Part shown: one piece after another, positions 12,801 through 25,812 of the stretch
How the letters are laid out: every line of letters begins with the position of its first letter
Numbering within the stretch: the first letter of the stretch is position 1
Assembly: GCF_018977255.1 (NCBI RefSeq)
Contig: NW_024704743.1
Location: forward strand, 22,322,001 to 22,386,000
DNA: 64,000 nt
From: Callorhinchus milii
Taxonomy: Eukaryota
Direction: 5' to 3'
Made by a program: the position numbers and the translations under genes
The notes under the pieces: model-generated
What the model was told of the DNA's origin: nothing
The model's input: only the letters and a program-made list of their open reading frames with translations
The model's database searches: none

Positions 12801-13087
12801 GGGACATCATTGCTGATCAATTTAGCTGACGTTTATTCCCAGAGGCAGTGTTCTTCACAGGTCAGGCAAATGAAATGCCAGCTACCGTGAATTCCAATTA
12901 CAAATGTCACTGCAACATTCAATGGCGGCTTGGATATTCAGCTGTGAAAACTTGATTAGAGGGAGCACAAGGATTCTGGATGTGCCTTGAAATCTTTTCC
13001 GAGTGCAAGTAAACAATTCCAATTGCTCTTACCCAATTCAACAAGAACCATGCGGAAAGAAGCTCCCACTGTACACCCACTCCTCCT

Positions 13088-14921
13088 CATAGAATCATAG
13101 AAGTATACAGCACAGAAGGAGGCCATTCGGCCCATCGTGTCTGTGCCGGATCTTTTAAAAGAGCTATCCAAATCAATCCCACTCCCCCGCTCTCTCCCCT
13201 TGGCCCTGCAAACTTGTCCTCCCCAAATAATTATCTACTTCTCTCTTAAAAGTTGTTATTGAATCGGCTTCCACCGCCCTTTCAGGCAATGCATTCCAGA
13301 TCCGAACAAATCGCTGTGTGAAAAAATTTCTCCTCACCTCCCCTGTTTCTTTTAACAACTATTTTAAATCGGTGCCCTCAGGTTACTGACCCACCCGCCA
13401 GTAGAAATAGTTTATCCTTATTCACCCTATCGAATCCCCTCATAATTTTGAAAATTTCTATTAAGTCTCCTTCTCTGCTCCAAGGAGAATAATCCTAGCT
13501 TCTCTAGCCTCTCCTGATAACTGAAGTCCCTCATTCCTGGTACCATCCTGGTAAATCTCCTTTGCATCCTCTCCAATGCCTTGACATCCTTCCTAAAGTG
13601 TGGTGCCCAGAACCGAACACAGTACTCCAGCTGAACCTGAACCGGTGTTTTATAAAAGTTCAATATAACTTCCTGACTATGTATGCCCCTATTCTATGTA
13701 TTCTATGCCCCTATTTATAAAGCCTGATATCCTATATGCTCTTTTTTAACAGCTTTATCTACCTGTCTTGCCATATTCAAAGATTTACTTATATGACTCC
13801 CCCAGGTCTCTCTGTTCCTTCACCCCCTTTAAGATTGTACCATCAACTTATATTGCTTCTCCTCATTCTTCCTCACTTTGCATTTCTCCACATTAAACTT
13901 CATCTGCCACGTGTCTGCCCATTTTACCAGTCTGTCTATGTCCTCTTGCAGTCTACTACTATCCTCCTCACTGTTTACTACTTTTCGTAGCTTAGTATCA
14001 TCCGCAAACTTGGAAATTGTACTCCCTATACCCAAGTCCAGATGATTTGTATAGATTAAAAACAGCAGTGGTCCCAATACTGACCCCTGGGGGACACGAC
14101 TTCACACTTCCTTCCAGTCAGAAAAGCAACCGTTCACCAACGCTCTCTGCTTTCTGTCTCCCAGACAGTTCGGTATCCATGCTGCCACTGTCCCTTTAAT
14201 ACAGTGGGCTTCTATTTTGCTTACAAGTCTCTTCTGTGGCACTTTATCAAACACCTTTCGAAAATCCATATAAACTACATCAACTGCACTACCTTCATTC
14301 ACACTCTCTGTTACTTCACCAAAAAACTCTATCAGGTTTGTTAGACACGATTTACCTTTAACAAATCTGTGTTGGTTGTCCTTTATTAACACATATTTTT
14401 CTAAGTGAAAATTTATTTTGTCCTGGATTATAGTCTCTAGAAGTTTCCTCACTACTGACGTTAGACTGACCGGCCTGTAGTTCCCGGGTTTATCCTTCTG
14501 CCTCTTTTTGTACAAGGGAGTAACATTTGCAACCCTCCAGTCCTCTGGCACCACTCCGATGTCCAAGGAGGATTGAAAGATTGTGGCCAGAGCCTCTGTT
14601 ATTTCTACTTTTACTTCCCTCAGTAACCTAGTCTAGACCGGGTGACTTATCTATCTTGAACACTGTCAACCTTTTTAGTACCTTCTCTCGGTTTATTCCT
14701 ATCTTATCCAATTTCTCTACCCTCTCCTCCGATACTGTGGCATTGGATGCATCCTCTTCTTTTGTGAAGACAGATGCAAAGTTCTCATTCAGTATGTTAG
14801 TCATGCCCTTTGCCTCCACAAGAAGATTTCCTCTTTGGTCCCTAATTGGACCCACCCTACCTTTCACTAACCTTTTATTCTTTATATGCTTATAAAATGT
14901 CTTAGGGTTCTCTTTTATGTT
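13088..14921 (-). mobile_element. 5'-truncated CR1 LINE, ORF2 RT remnant with frameshifts
   Basis: WRVANVTP..KK..K.KPGNYRPVSLTS, VDVVYMDF, KFADDTKL, LEYCVRFWAPH; (ATTCTATG)n-type 3' tail. Confidence 0.95.
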
Positions 14922-15826
14922 CCAGCACATTCAGTTCCCTCCTCACGCTGCTGGGCTCTCTGCTCAAGTAAGGCTCTCGCAAGTCTTCCCCTTTGTACAG
15001 GACTCAAACAAAAGCTCTAAACATTATCCCTACTATCTCTCTGGGGTTCAGTACATTAATATGGAAACAAAACCACAAAAACATGCAGTGTTTAAAATAT
15101 TATTATTAATAGTAATATGAGTCATATTAATAAAAATAAGATTAATTTTAATAATACAAGTATTAACATTCATAATACTTGCATTTTGATTCAGCACCTT
15201 TTCATGTCGTTGAGGTGTGTCAAAATGCTTTACGGGATTTTACTTTTAAGTGTGGTGATTGTGTATTTGTAGGTAAATACAGTAGCCAATCTGCGCACAG
15301 TAACGTCCCACAAGCAGCCATGAATTGAGTGACCAACCTATCCTGGTACTTAATACAGGACCTTGGATTTGGTACAGCGCCTTGTCAAGTCGAAACATTT
15401 CAAAGAGCTTCAACGAGTTTCCTATAAAGTGTAGTGACTGAATATGTGTTTCCAATTACCTTAAATAAACTACACCTTCAGCAGTTCAGCACAATATACA
15501 AGCACAATCGTCCCAGGCAGAACAGGGTGAGGTGAAGGCTTCATGAAAAGGCCCCCACTTCCCAACTCCTCAAACCAACTCAAAATATAAATTACAACTA
15601 GAGTAAAACCTTGAGATTGTGATCATGCCTTAAAAAGCTTCAACACAGACAGTCAAAGAAGCACGTGCCTGGTTTTTAAATTTCAAAACTAAAATGAGTA
15701 GTTCATGAAGAAAAAAACCTTAAAGCACTCCAGGATGTTTAAATGTGTCTATTAATCCACATCTAACAGAGTAAATGACAACATGGTGAGTTCCAAACTG
15801 AGGAAAACTTGGGCTTCAATAAATAC

Positions 15827-15905
15827 CTGTCTCTTGTCATCAGGGGCCTTCAGGAAGAGTGCATTAATCACAGCAATTGTGTAAGTCTGAATGTCAGGAT
15901 CCGTA
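15827..15905 (-). CDS. ELMO1: ELMO coding exon 9: TDPDIQTYTIAVINALFLKAPDDKRQ
   Basis: 79 nt, aag|...CAG|gtattt, phase 2-0. Confidence 0.95.
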
Positions 15906-16429
15906 CTTTTGGAACAAAAAAAAACAAAAACACAGCACAGTTAGTTAGCCAGGAACCGTGCACTTCGTAAACTTTTAAACAAGATACAATCGTGGAAAGA
16001 GAACGGTGTAAAGTGGCTGCCGTGAGTCAAGGACAGAGAATGAAGAAGAATCAGGGTCAATATTTCACAAGTTAAATCGCTGCAATCAAACTCACATCCG
16101 GGCAAACTTCAACACAGGGAGGCGGATGACAATCTCGTGATACTGTACGTGGAAAATATAACAACAACAATTTCCTGTTATATAGCACCTTTCACATCGG
16201 GAAGATGTCTCAAAGGGCTTCACGCAGCTGAATGGAAGTTATTTTTCATCCTGAAACCCAAGCACTCTGAACACGTGGTCTGTCAGTCACCGACCAGGAT
16301 GTTGGGTTACCAGGCAGTAGCTTTAATGCACAAAATGCACGCGGCCTGGGACAAACTGCTTCTTGTTCACTTTGGGGCAGATCAGCAGTGACTGTAAAAG
16401 CTTTTACAAAACATGTCACCAATCCTCAC

Positions 16430-16581
16430 CCTTGCAGATGTGGGATCAGCTGGCCAATAGTAATCTCTTGCGCCACCTTCTGGTAGAGATCGTAGCTGTT
16501 CAACACCATGGACTCGAGGATTGCCAGAGACCGTTGCAACACAGACACGTCCATGCCAGTTTTGTTCACGTAACTTGCTAT
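16430..16581 (-). CDS. ELMO1: ELMO coding exon 8: [50 protein letters not shown](G)
   Basis: 152 nt, acag|...GG|gtgagg, phase 0-2. Confidence 0.96.
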
Positions 16582-17557
16582 CTGTTTGTGCAAAAAGACA
16601 CGGTTTAGAGGTAGATCGGTTTTACTTTTCTGCCTGGTTATAAAAAGATACTCAAACAGCTAACTAGAAGAACACAAGTGAGAGGTCAGCTTCCAAACTC
16701 TTCTCCCTACTCGACAAATCACTGGTGTTCTTGACTCAACCATCATCATAATAATGATGCTCAGATTTTGGATAGCTCATTTCATGTCCCAAAGAGCTTG
16801 ACAGTACATACAGTAAAGTGCAGTGACTGTATGTTTTGTGGGCTAATGCAGCAACCAATTTGCACATAGCCACACCCCACAAACAGCGAATGACAAAAAT
16901 TTTATTTGGGAGATTGCTGGCCAGGGCAAACTTTTATGCAAGTATGACATAACTCATACTTTGCATAAGTCACATTAAATGTATGGGCCCAACTGATACG
17001 ACTTATGTGAGGTTTACTTACACATTTTTTTTCAGTGAAGACTATTCTGAATCCTACAGCGACACTAACTGTACACGTTGCACTGGGATTGCGATTGCCC
17101 CATTAAGGATAAGCAAATAGAGCAGATCATTGGACATTACACTGTTCAGGGGTTATGCTGTCATTGCAGTCTCACGCTGTCTCAAACCCTTCTCTTTGTA
17201 CCAATCTTTTCTCTCTCCCCAACTTTCTCGATTTCTTTCTCTCGACTCGAGTATCTAATACTACACCCTACCGTCCGTCATTAAATAAACATTTGCCTTC
17301 ATTCTGTCAGCTTACAGTCAACCGCTGGGTAAATCACAATTCCAGTAACCTTGTGCAAAAGCACACACAATAAATTGTTTGTTTGGTTAATCTCATAACC
17401 TCCCAAGTTCACTTCCACATCAGAACCCAAAGCTAACTTTCTCTTTGCAAGTGCTGCAAAAAATACCTCTCTCTTTCCCCCCTCCCCTCCCTTGCAAATG
17501 CTGTTCTCCTTTGAGCATCATCTCACAGGTGCATTGCAATTATAATCCCATCATTAC

Positions 17558-17657
17558 CTTCTTGATGAAAGCTACTGAGAACGTATCCCAGGAGACAATG
17601 CCATGATCCATGAGTTCGACGAAGGCGGTTAAAGAAAACGACAACATATCTCCAAAG
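17558..17657 (-). CDS. ELMO1: ELMO coding exon 7: [33 protein letters not shown]
   Basis: 100 nt, cag|...AAG|gtaatg, phase 2-0. Confidence 0.96.
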
Positions 17658-19064
17658 CTGATGGCGGGGAGGAGAGAGGAGGGGGTAAAAAAGAAGACAC
17701 CATTTACAAATCATCTGCAGCCATCTACACTCGGGCAACCGAATCAGCCACCGTATTACAGGTAAATCACAGAGCAGGAAAACCGAACGAAAGCCACACG
17801 AGTATTGGCAATGTCAAAAGCGTGAAGAGCAGAAGGGGCAAAAGGTTAAAATACAAGTTATTAAATGATTCCATAGCTCAGCAAAAACAGCAGACCCGCA
17901 CCCTGAAAGGAAGAGGTTTTAGTAGAGACGTTAACAGTGCCAGCCAGCAGAGCCTCATGCATTTACCATGCCCGAGAGTACAAGGTCACAGCCCAACTTC
18001 ACACTCCAATCAGCTTCTTCCTAAAGCATGTCAGTGATCCGTAGAAACCACGAGGAGAGCCGTGGGAATTTCAGTCTCCTCGTGGGATTAACCATCTCTG
18101 CGTTAGTAGGAGGTTAGGAAAGGATGAGGGTGTTTTTTTTGTTTGATGCACACCACAATTTGCCCCCCTCCCACACCGTCTCACTTATAAATCATAAAGC
18201 ATACCTTCAAAAGATGCCAGAATGAACCGTAGGTTTAAGCGAACCGTTTGGGCAACTCTTAACGCTGGGATTTACAAGTCATCTCCTTTGAGGAACAGTG
18301 TTTGTAAAAAGCATATTCAATAGGTAATCAGCTCTGCAATTAATGGTATGTTAATCTCTTATTTGCTCATGGTGTCCGCACACTACACTAAGTGCACAAT
18401 TCTGAGACCTCAGCATTAGATTTCTGTGCTCTTGTCAAGTATTCTACAATCAAAATGCACTAAAGCGACTCAACACCTGATATTCATACACAACCTCGTC
18501 CATAGATGCTTCCAATCAACTGATGGCAAATTAAGTCAGTACAAATGGACTACCATCCCCATTCTGGTGCAGCGTTACCATCCGGCTGCATTGCAAAATA
18601 ATTCCTCGCCCATTCTCTCCAAATTAACGCTAAGTTTTTTTTTGCGCGAAAGAGCTGAGTCTCAGTTTGAAAGTCACCTACGAGGTTCAGAGGTATACAG
18701 TACACTGAAATAAAATAACCTGCTTGTGCTTTCAGTGCACGAGCTGTCTTCCGAGGGGTGACCAATTCCTGTTTCGAGACTGTTCCATCGTCTTCACATA
18801 TCATTTGCTGAATGAGGCGATTGCCTCACTGTAACCCATCCTTCAAATCTGGGAGGTGGCATTAGCACATTTCGTTTAGCATCGGGGATGGCACAAACAC
18901 TCGCTTCGCAGAACTGCATCTTTTCTAGTACACTCAAGTACAATGTACTTTTTAAAAAGTCTGATTGATAGACGCGCCATTTATTTTGGTCAGTTGGTGA
19001 GGTGGAAACCCCTCACTTTACTTAAAAGGTATCCGAACCAGACTGACAGTTCTACCGAAAAATG

Positions 19065-19461
19065 CCACTTATACATGGACACTTCTGTGGGTCTGGAACA
19101 GAATGCACACTCTCTCTCTGGAGGGACGCATCCTGCTTACCTAGGTCCAGAGAGTAATGGGCTCAGGTTAGCAAGAGCCAAAGGACTTCAAAGCGTGCGT
19201 TGGGGTACCTGCTGAAGTCTAACCAGGTAAAACTGCATAGTTTGCCATTGTCTGGCAAGCTTTCCCTCTGCTTGTATAGCTAGGACCACCCAACCCGTTA
19301 GGGCTTTGGCTTACACAGATAATAGGAGCTCAATGGAAAGAATTCCTGTTCCCAGTGCCCTGACTGCACTTCCAAGTCCTGTGACGAGCCCGGCTGGCTA
19401 GTCTATCAAAGCAGTGCCCTGGAGTACTGAGGACTGGCCTGGCTCAGGAACCGAAATTGCC
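19065..19461. repeat. Unclassified dispersed repeat, copy A
   Basis: Shares blocks with 29470-29778 and 32583-32768. Confidence 0.75.
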
Positions 19462-20313
19462 ATATAGTGGCAGAAACACCATGTCCATGAAAGTTTGGAA
19501 GAGGCAGTAGGGAGACATACTCAAAAATATCTATGAGTGTTGCATGGACAGCATGCTACACCTTCTACATGGGGAGGAGGGAGCAAGAGGAGAGAAAGAG
19601 AAGGCATATTGATTTACAATATGTAGCATCCATCTGACTGCAGGGCGAACATACACGCGATACATCTTTGGGTATGTTTTGTGGATTTGCCCATCTGATG
19701 TATACATTACATCAACTCAAAATACAGCTATTGCGGGGGATTCCCTGATGGCCTCTTGAATAAAGGCATCGTGGTCAAGGTTCACACAGTGAGATACCGG
19801 AGACTGCTCGGTGACACAGGAAAAGGATTTAGGAGTCAAATTGTTCTAATTAATTATTGATCAAGATTTCAGGGAACAATTACGCCACTGTTCCATTAAC
19901 TTCTTCTCTGCATTCAGGAGAGAATGAATGATTCCTACATATTGTGACTCTAATTCAGTGGAAGAGAGGTGATACTCTCACCAAAAAAGAAGCTCAAAAT
20001 GTATATTAGGGAAGCATTTGAAATCCATGTGCGCTGCTTGGGCCAGTATAAAAGAGATGATCACAGCATTCCTGAAGGATAAAAAAATAATCTTGAACTG
20101 GAAAGGAAAAGAAGAATAACACACGCATAGAGCGACAGCCTATTTTATAGTGTTATAGCCCTATCATTACTAACAACCATGAGAAGTAGTTAATACCAAT
20201 GCAGGATGCATTTGCCCCAAATGCAATATAATTCTGTATTCAACCAACACAGCCTTCAGGACCTAGCTAAACATACTCAATGTAACACAAGTCACTTGTC
20301 TCACCAATTAACT

Positions 20314-22980
20314 AACAACAACTTGCATTAAAATGGTGCCCTCCAGGCCGGGTGGCGTCTCAGAGCGCTTAACAACTGTGGAGCCCGAAGCTGAGCCAGG
20401 GGGAGGGGGAAGGTGACCCGAGGCGCGGTCGAAGAGGAAGGTCTTCAGGCGCAACCTGAAGATGGGGAAGGAGAGGGTGAGGCGAAGGGGTTGAAGGAAG
20501 GAGTTCCAAATTTTCGGGGCATAGTGGCTGAAGGCACGGCCGACACGGAGGAGGCCGGACCCAGTAGAGCAGAGATAGCAGGTACTGCTGTGGGGAGAGA
20601 GGAGGTTAGAGAAATAGGGGGGGTGCCAAGGAATGGAGGGATTTAAACACTAGAGTGAGGATCTTGAAGTCGATCCGCTCTGTGACAAGGAGCCAGTGGA
20701 GTTTGGCAAGGACTGGAGTAATCGGGGTATGAAGTTTGGTGCAGGTGAGAATGCGAGTGATAGAGTTTTGAATGAGCTGGATTTTGTGAATAGTGAAGGA
20801 GCGGAGAAGACCGGTGAGGAGGGCATTAGAGTAGTCCAGCCGAGAGGTGACAAATGCATGGACAAGGGTTTCGGCAGTTTTTGGGGTGAGGTATTGTCTG
20901 AGACGGGTAATGCGGCGGAGGTGGAAGAAAGCGGTGTTGGTCAGGGACCGTATGTGGGGGAGGAAGGATAACTGGGGATCGAACCTGACCCGTAAGTTGC
21001 GCATGGGTTCGGAGAGTTTTAAGGACAGGTCAGGTAGGTCGAGGAGGTTGGAACTGTGGGATAGAAGATGTCAGCGGGAGCCAAAGGGTCTGGCCAAAGG
21101 GGTGAGGTAGTGCCGTAGTCTGGCAATGTTCCGGAGGTGGTGGAAGGCGGTGCCAGTTGTGGCGTGGATGTGGGGAAGAAAGGACAACTCAGGGTCGAAC
21201 AGAACCCCGAGGTTCCTGACCGGCTTTGAGAGGTGGAGAGTGCAGCGTTGGATGCTGATGCTGTCAGCGCCTGAGGTGCGGAGGCGCTGACGCGAGCCAA
21301 CCAGGAGGGCCTCAGTTTTACGCACGTTGAGCTGAAGAAAGTTGTCTCTCGTCCAGGACTCGATGTCGGACAGGTAGGCTGTCAGGACATCGGTGGTCGT
21401 GGAGTTGAGGGTAGAAGAGAAAAGGTAGAGTTGGGTGTCATCCGCATACATGTGGAAGTTAACCGCATGTCTGTGGATGATGTCACCAAGGGGGAGCATA
21501 TAGAGGGTGGCCAAGTTTGGAGGGATCAAGGGTAGTTTTTTAAGGAGGGGGATGATGACCGCGATTTTGAGGGGGAGTGGGACTGATCCTGAGGACAGAG
21601 ACTGTTTAATAGTGTCTGCCAGCGGTGGACTGAGGAGGGGGAGCTGGGTGATCATCAGTTGGGTGGGAAGGGGTTTGAGGCAGAAGGTGATGGGTTTCAT
21701 TGTGGTGATGGTGGATGAGAGGGAGAAAGGAGAGATGGGGGCCGTGGTAGGAGCTGAGGGCGGGGTGGGTACGGGAGATGGAATGTAGATGGCGGGAGGT
21801 GACACGGGGCAGAAGGATAAAGCTGTCAGGCGGATGTTGTTCATTTTAGAGGTAAGGAAGTCCATGACCTCTTTGCACTTGGCATGTAATGTGATGATTG
21901 AGACTTCTTGAGGGGTCACACAGAGAAGGTGGTGGGGGGTGGAGAATAAGATTTTGGAGTTATTGTTGGCCAGTATGATATTTTTGAGTAGTGCGCAGTT
22001 TTTGCTTGCGACAGGGAGTGGCGGTAGGTGTGAAAATGCTCGAGCCACAGCTGGTGGTGAACCATGAGGTTGGTTTTATGCCACCAGTGCTTGAGCAGCC
22101 GGGTTTGGGATTTTATGGAGCGGATATGGCTGTTGTACCAGGGGGAGGGGGTGGGTTTGGAGACGGTCCTCGATTTCACGAGGGAGTTGAAGGTGGAGGA
22201 GAAGGAGATGAGGAAATGGTCCGAGATGGCCTTGTCCGTGATGCACAGGTCGGAAATGTCAAGGCCATGTGTGATGACAAGGTCGAGGGGGCGGTCACGG
22301 TTGTGGGTCGGCGAGTTGATGTGGAGGGTGAGGTTAGGGAGGAGAGGAGGGCAGTGAAATCTGAGGAGGTGGTGCAAGGGGAGTTTAGGTGGAGGTTGAA
22401 GTCCCCCATTATGAGCAGGCGTTTTGAGCAGAAGGACAGAGAGGAGAGCGGAGATATCAGAGAGGAAGGAGCCAGGGGGTTTTGGGGGGCGGTAAACCAG
22501 GAGAATTTTGAGTGAGAGAGAAGAGATATGGTAGAGGGTGAGGTGCTCAAATGAGGAGAAGCAGCCAGAGGAATAGGGGGATAGACCAAGGGAAGCTTAG
22601 GAGATGAGGGCCACCCCCTGGCACGTTGGTTAGGGCGGGCGGTGTGGTGGAAGGTGTTGCTAGGGGGGAGGCATCAACTAGGGGGACGGAGTCACTGGGG
22701 GAGAGCCAGATTTCCGTAAGCCCAAGAATATCCATGTGCTCATCCTGGATAAGGTCATGGATAGTGAGGGCTTTATTGGAGAGGGAGCCGACGTTTCGTA
22801 GGGAAATGCGGCTGAGTTTGCTGGTGGGGGGGTTGGAGGAGAGAGTGGTACGGAGAGGATTTTGGGTCATAGCGGAGAGATGACTGTGGAGTTTGAGGAG
22901 GGGGAGAGTTGGAGAGGGTATGGATGAGGAAGGGAGAAGAGGTGTTTGTCTTTCGAGCTGTTGTCTAACTGCTCCTCTAT
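20314..22980 (-). mobile_element. Composite L2 LINE: APE endonuclease remnant, deleted RT, second L2 3' part
   Basis: [55 protein letters not shown]; (TTG)n tail. Confidence 0.95.
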
Positions 22981-24879
22981 GTTTAACTATGTGGCTCATT
23001 TATTCTCTAACTTCACAGAGACCAGAGTCAAAACCTGATCGCTATGGCACAGAGTATGCACATTACTACAACATCCCCCAAAACCAAGGATTTATCGCAC
23101 TTGCATTTGAGGAAGACATCAGCTGAACAGAATGTCGGTGCTCGGTCACCGTTGCACTGGATACCCTCAGATGTCAGCCGAAACGACTGGCAGTGCCCAC
23201 CTATTGGCTTTACCGGGAGAGACCTCAAACTGCAAATAGAATTCCTGAGCCTAGTGCAAAACAAACCAAACCAGGAAAACAGGAACACACACAGCAGCCA
23301 CAGTGCAGGAAAGCTGGCTGTATAACTGTGAAGCTCTCTACAGCTGTGAAGCGGCTGGAGCAAGCAAAGCCAGAAGAAGCCGGTGGGAATATTTGTTCGA
23401 TTAATGAACGCATTTTAGTACAATTTTGGCAAATGATTAAGACACACAGGTATTAGTTTATCAGAGCAGCAGTGATTGGCAGTCTTGAACAATCTGATTT
23501 ATTTCTCCTGTTCAAATACAGATTAAGAAAGATTCTACACTCAAATTCATTAGGTCTCGCAAGCATTTTAATGAGCAAACATTTTACATGTGGGAACAGG
23601 CAGAACATTGGAAGGAATATTTGAAATAATTCTAGTGTGGAATTTAAAAGCACTCAATTGGAGACTATCTCAGATCTGTGCAAAGCAGTCTTAAAACAGC
23701 AGCACACAAAGAGCATTGAATGCAATGGCACGTTGAGACTGGCCAATAGCTTAGATGGAAGAGAAGCCAAGTCCCATTCTTTGTTCCACAAAATTCAGTC
23801 ACTGTCTTGCACAGTCTCGAAAATCCCATAGCTTTCATGATGGGTGAAATTTATTAATTCTTGGTATAACCGAGGGAAGAGACACTTAGGCTAGTGGTGC
23901 ATTCTGACTATGAGAATCACTTGGCTGGAACAAAGCAGAATCAACGTGTTCTTCAGAAGTCATTAGCTCAAACCATTCTGCTTTCCCCAAGGTCAAGCAA
24001 GACCCTGGGAGGGACAATCTTTGGAAGGAGATAAGGACAAAGAAGATAAGCACGCAACAGTGTGGGCAACATTGGGAAAAAAAGGAGAGCTGTAAAAAAG
24101 ATGTTTTTGCAGGCAGCTTAGAGGGAAACATGAAGAGAAAGATGCACTTGAACAAAGACAAAAGGTCTATGGCGAGGATTTTAAAGCCAAAAAGGATGCC
24201 TGAATGAACCATTTTTGTTGGTGCAAGTATAGGGTCTAATATGCAGCGATTTCAAACAGAATCCATAACTGGGGATTTCTTCCATTGACCCAAAAAAATC
24301 ATGCGGATCCATGGGAGCTCAAACTCCGATCCGAAATCAGATCGTGTGAGAGCATTGCTGCCGTGAACAAGCATCACTGCCATCAATCAGCGTAGTATAC
24401 GTCCAGTTTCCTTGCTCGAAGAATGCAGTGTGCAAATCACAACTCACATTTATCAAAAATAGAAGTGCTGAAAATCGTAACAACTGAAAGAGTCGTAACT
24501 AGGGGAAATTATTCATTGATGGCTCTGCCCTCTCTTGTTCCTGTATTATGCGGTTGCAGAGTAATCTCTGCATTCCTCAGTTTTCATTACGTGGTCCTTT
24601 CTATATAAATGTACACGAGAAAATATTTCAAATTGAAATTATGATAACTAACACACACCAAAAGCTGAGAGTTACTTCAATACTCCAGACTCATGTGAGG
24701 CTGCCTTTCATGTCTCTCCTCAATCGATGGGCGGTTATCTTGAAAATTTCTTAGCGAGAATGTCAAATTACAGTATGTCCCTATGTAAAGTACAGCTCAC
24801 ATCCTCCAGCAAGCTGGCGGGGTGGGGGGGGGGGGGGGGGTTGCCCAGTATCCTTGTGGATGGGACCAGTTGGATTGAA

Positions 24880-25145
24880 TGGCCTGTTTCTGTGCCATAT
24901 TTGGCAGCCATTTTGCACACAGCAATGTCCCACAAACAATCGCGGAGTGAATGACCAAATTTATTTGTTGCCAGGACACAGCAAGAAACTCCCGTCTCTT
25001 TTCGAACAGTGCCGTGGGATCTTTAATGTCCATCTGAACAGGCAGATGGCACCTGGTTTAACATTGCATCTGAAGGACAGATCACTCTATGGATAACAAT
25101 AAAAAATCCTTACAGTTGTGTAGTGCCTTATCACGTCATCAAGAA
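24880..25145 (-). mobile_element. Deu-domain SINE fragments
   Basis: gcagccattttgcacacagcaatgtcccacaaac...gtgccgtgggatctttaatgtccatctgaacaggcag. Confidence 0.7.
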
Positions 25146-25428
25146 TATCTGCCTCTGGGATTGGGATAACAGCAGAAATACTGGTCTTAATTTTACACTG
25201 CACTTGCCCCTCACTCAGAGGAGCCAGATGTCCAGAGTGGCTGGTGTAGGAAATAGAAAGGGTCAACACTGATGCAGTAGAATTTGTTCTTCTGAGGAAA
25301 AGGCTCAGGCGCATTAATCTGACCTGGCAGTGCTTGCTGTTGACACTAGCTGGTTGGGAAAGTGTTCCATTTCTCAGCACGAACATCTCTGACCTTAATG
25401 AACCTTAAAATGTAACCTCAATCTCCCA

Positions 25429-25812
25429 GTGGAGTCCTTTAGCTCAGTGGTTAAGAGCACTCGCCTCACATGTAAGAGACCTGGGTTCGATTCCCGGGCA
25501 GGGCGAAATGTTGGGCAAGTTTCCTTACTCCACACGTCACTGTTTACCGAGCAGTAAGTAGGAACCTGGTTGTTAGTCAATTGGCGGATCGCTTTGCCGG
25601 GGATAATAATTCCTTCAAAAAAATAATAATAATTTGGTCACTCAATCCACAACCGTTTGTGGGACAGTGCTGTGCGCAATTGGCTGCTGCGTTTCGTCCA
25701 CAACATATACAGTCAATTCACTTTACAGTACATTCTGTGAAGCGCTTTGCGGGGTCTCGAAGACGTGATAAGGCACTATATCAAATGCAAGAATTATTAT
25801 TAGTATTATTAC
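25429..25812 (+). mobile_element. Full-length tRNA-SINE, longer subfamily with an extra central block
   Basis: Same head, core and tail as the 1963 copy plus an extra ~65-nt block (25537-25603). Confidence 0.88.

Noticed and set aside
18550..18930. CpG-bearing unique stretch as an internal ELMO exon
   Set aside because: The only candidate donor (CAG|GTTATT) is weak and its ORF phase does not fit exon 7.
21071..22048. Longest ORF in the window (325 aa) as a host gene
   Set aside because: It is an L2 ORF2 remnant lacking the RT core, with frameshifts on both sides.
24819..24840. G-runs as G-quadruplexes (also about 520-549)
   Set aside because: Simple homopolymer runs on the template strand of ELMO, with no evidence of function.
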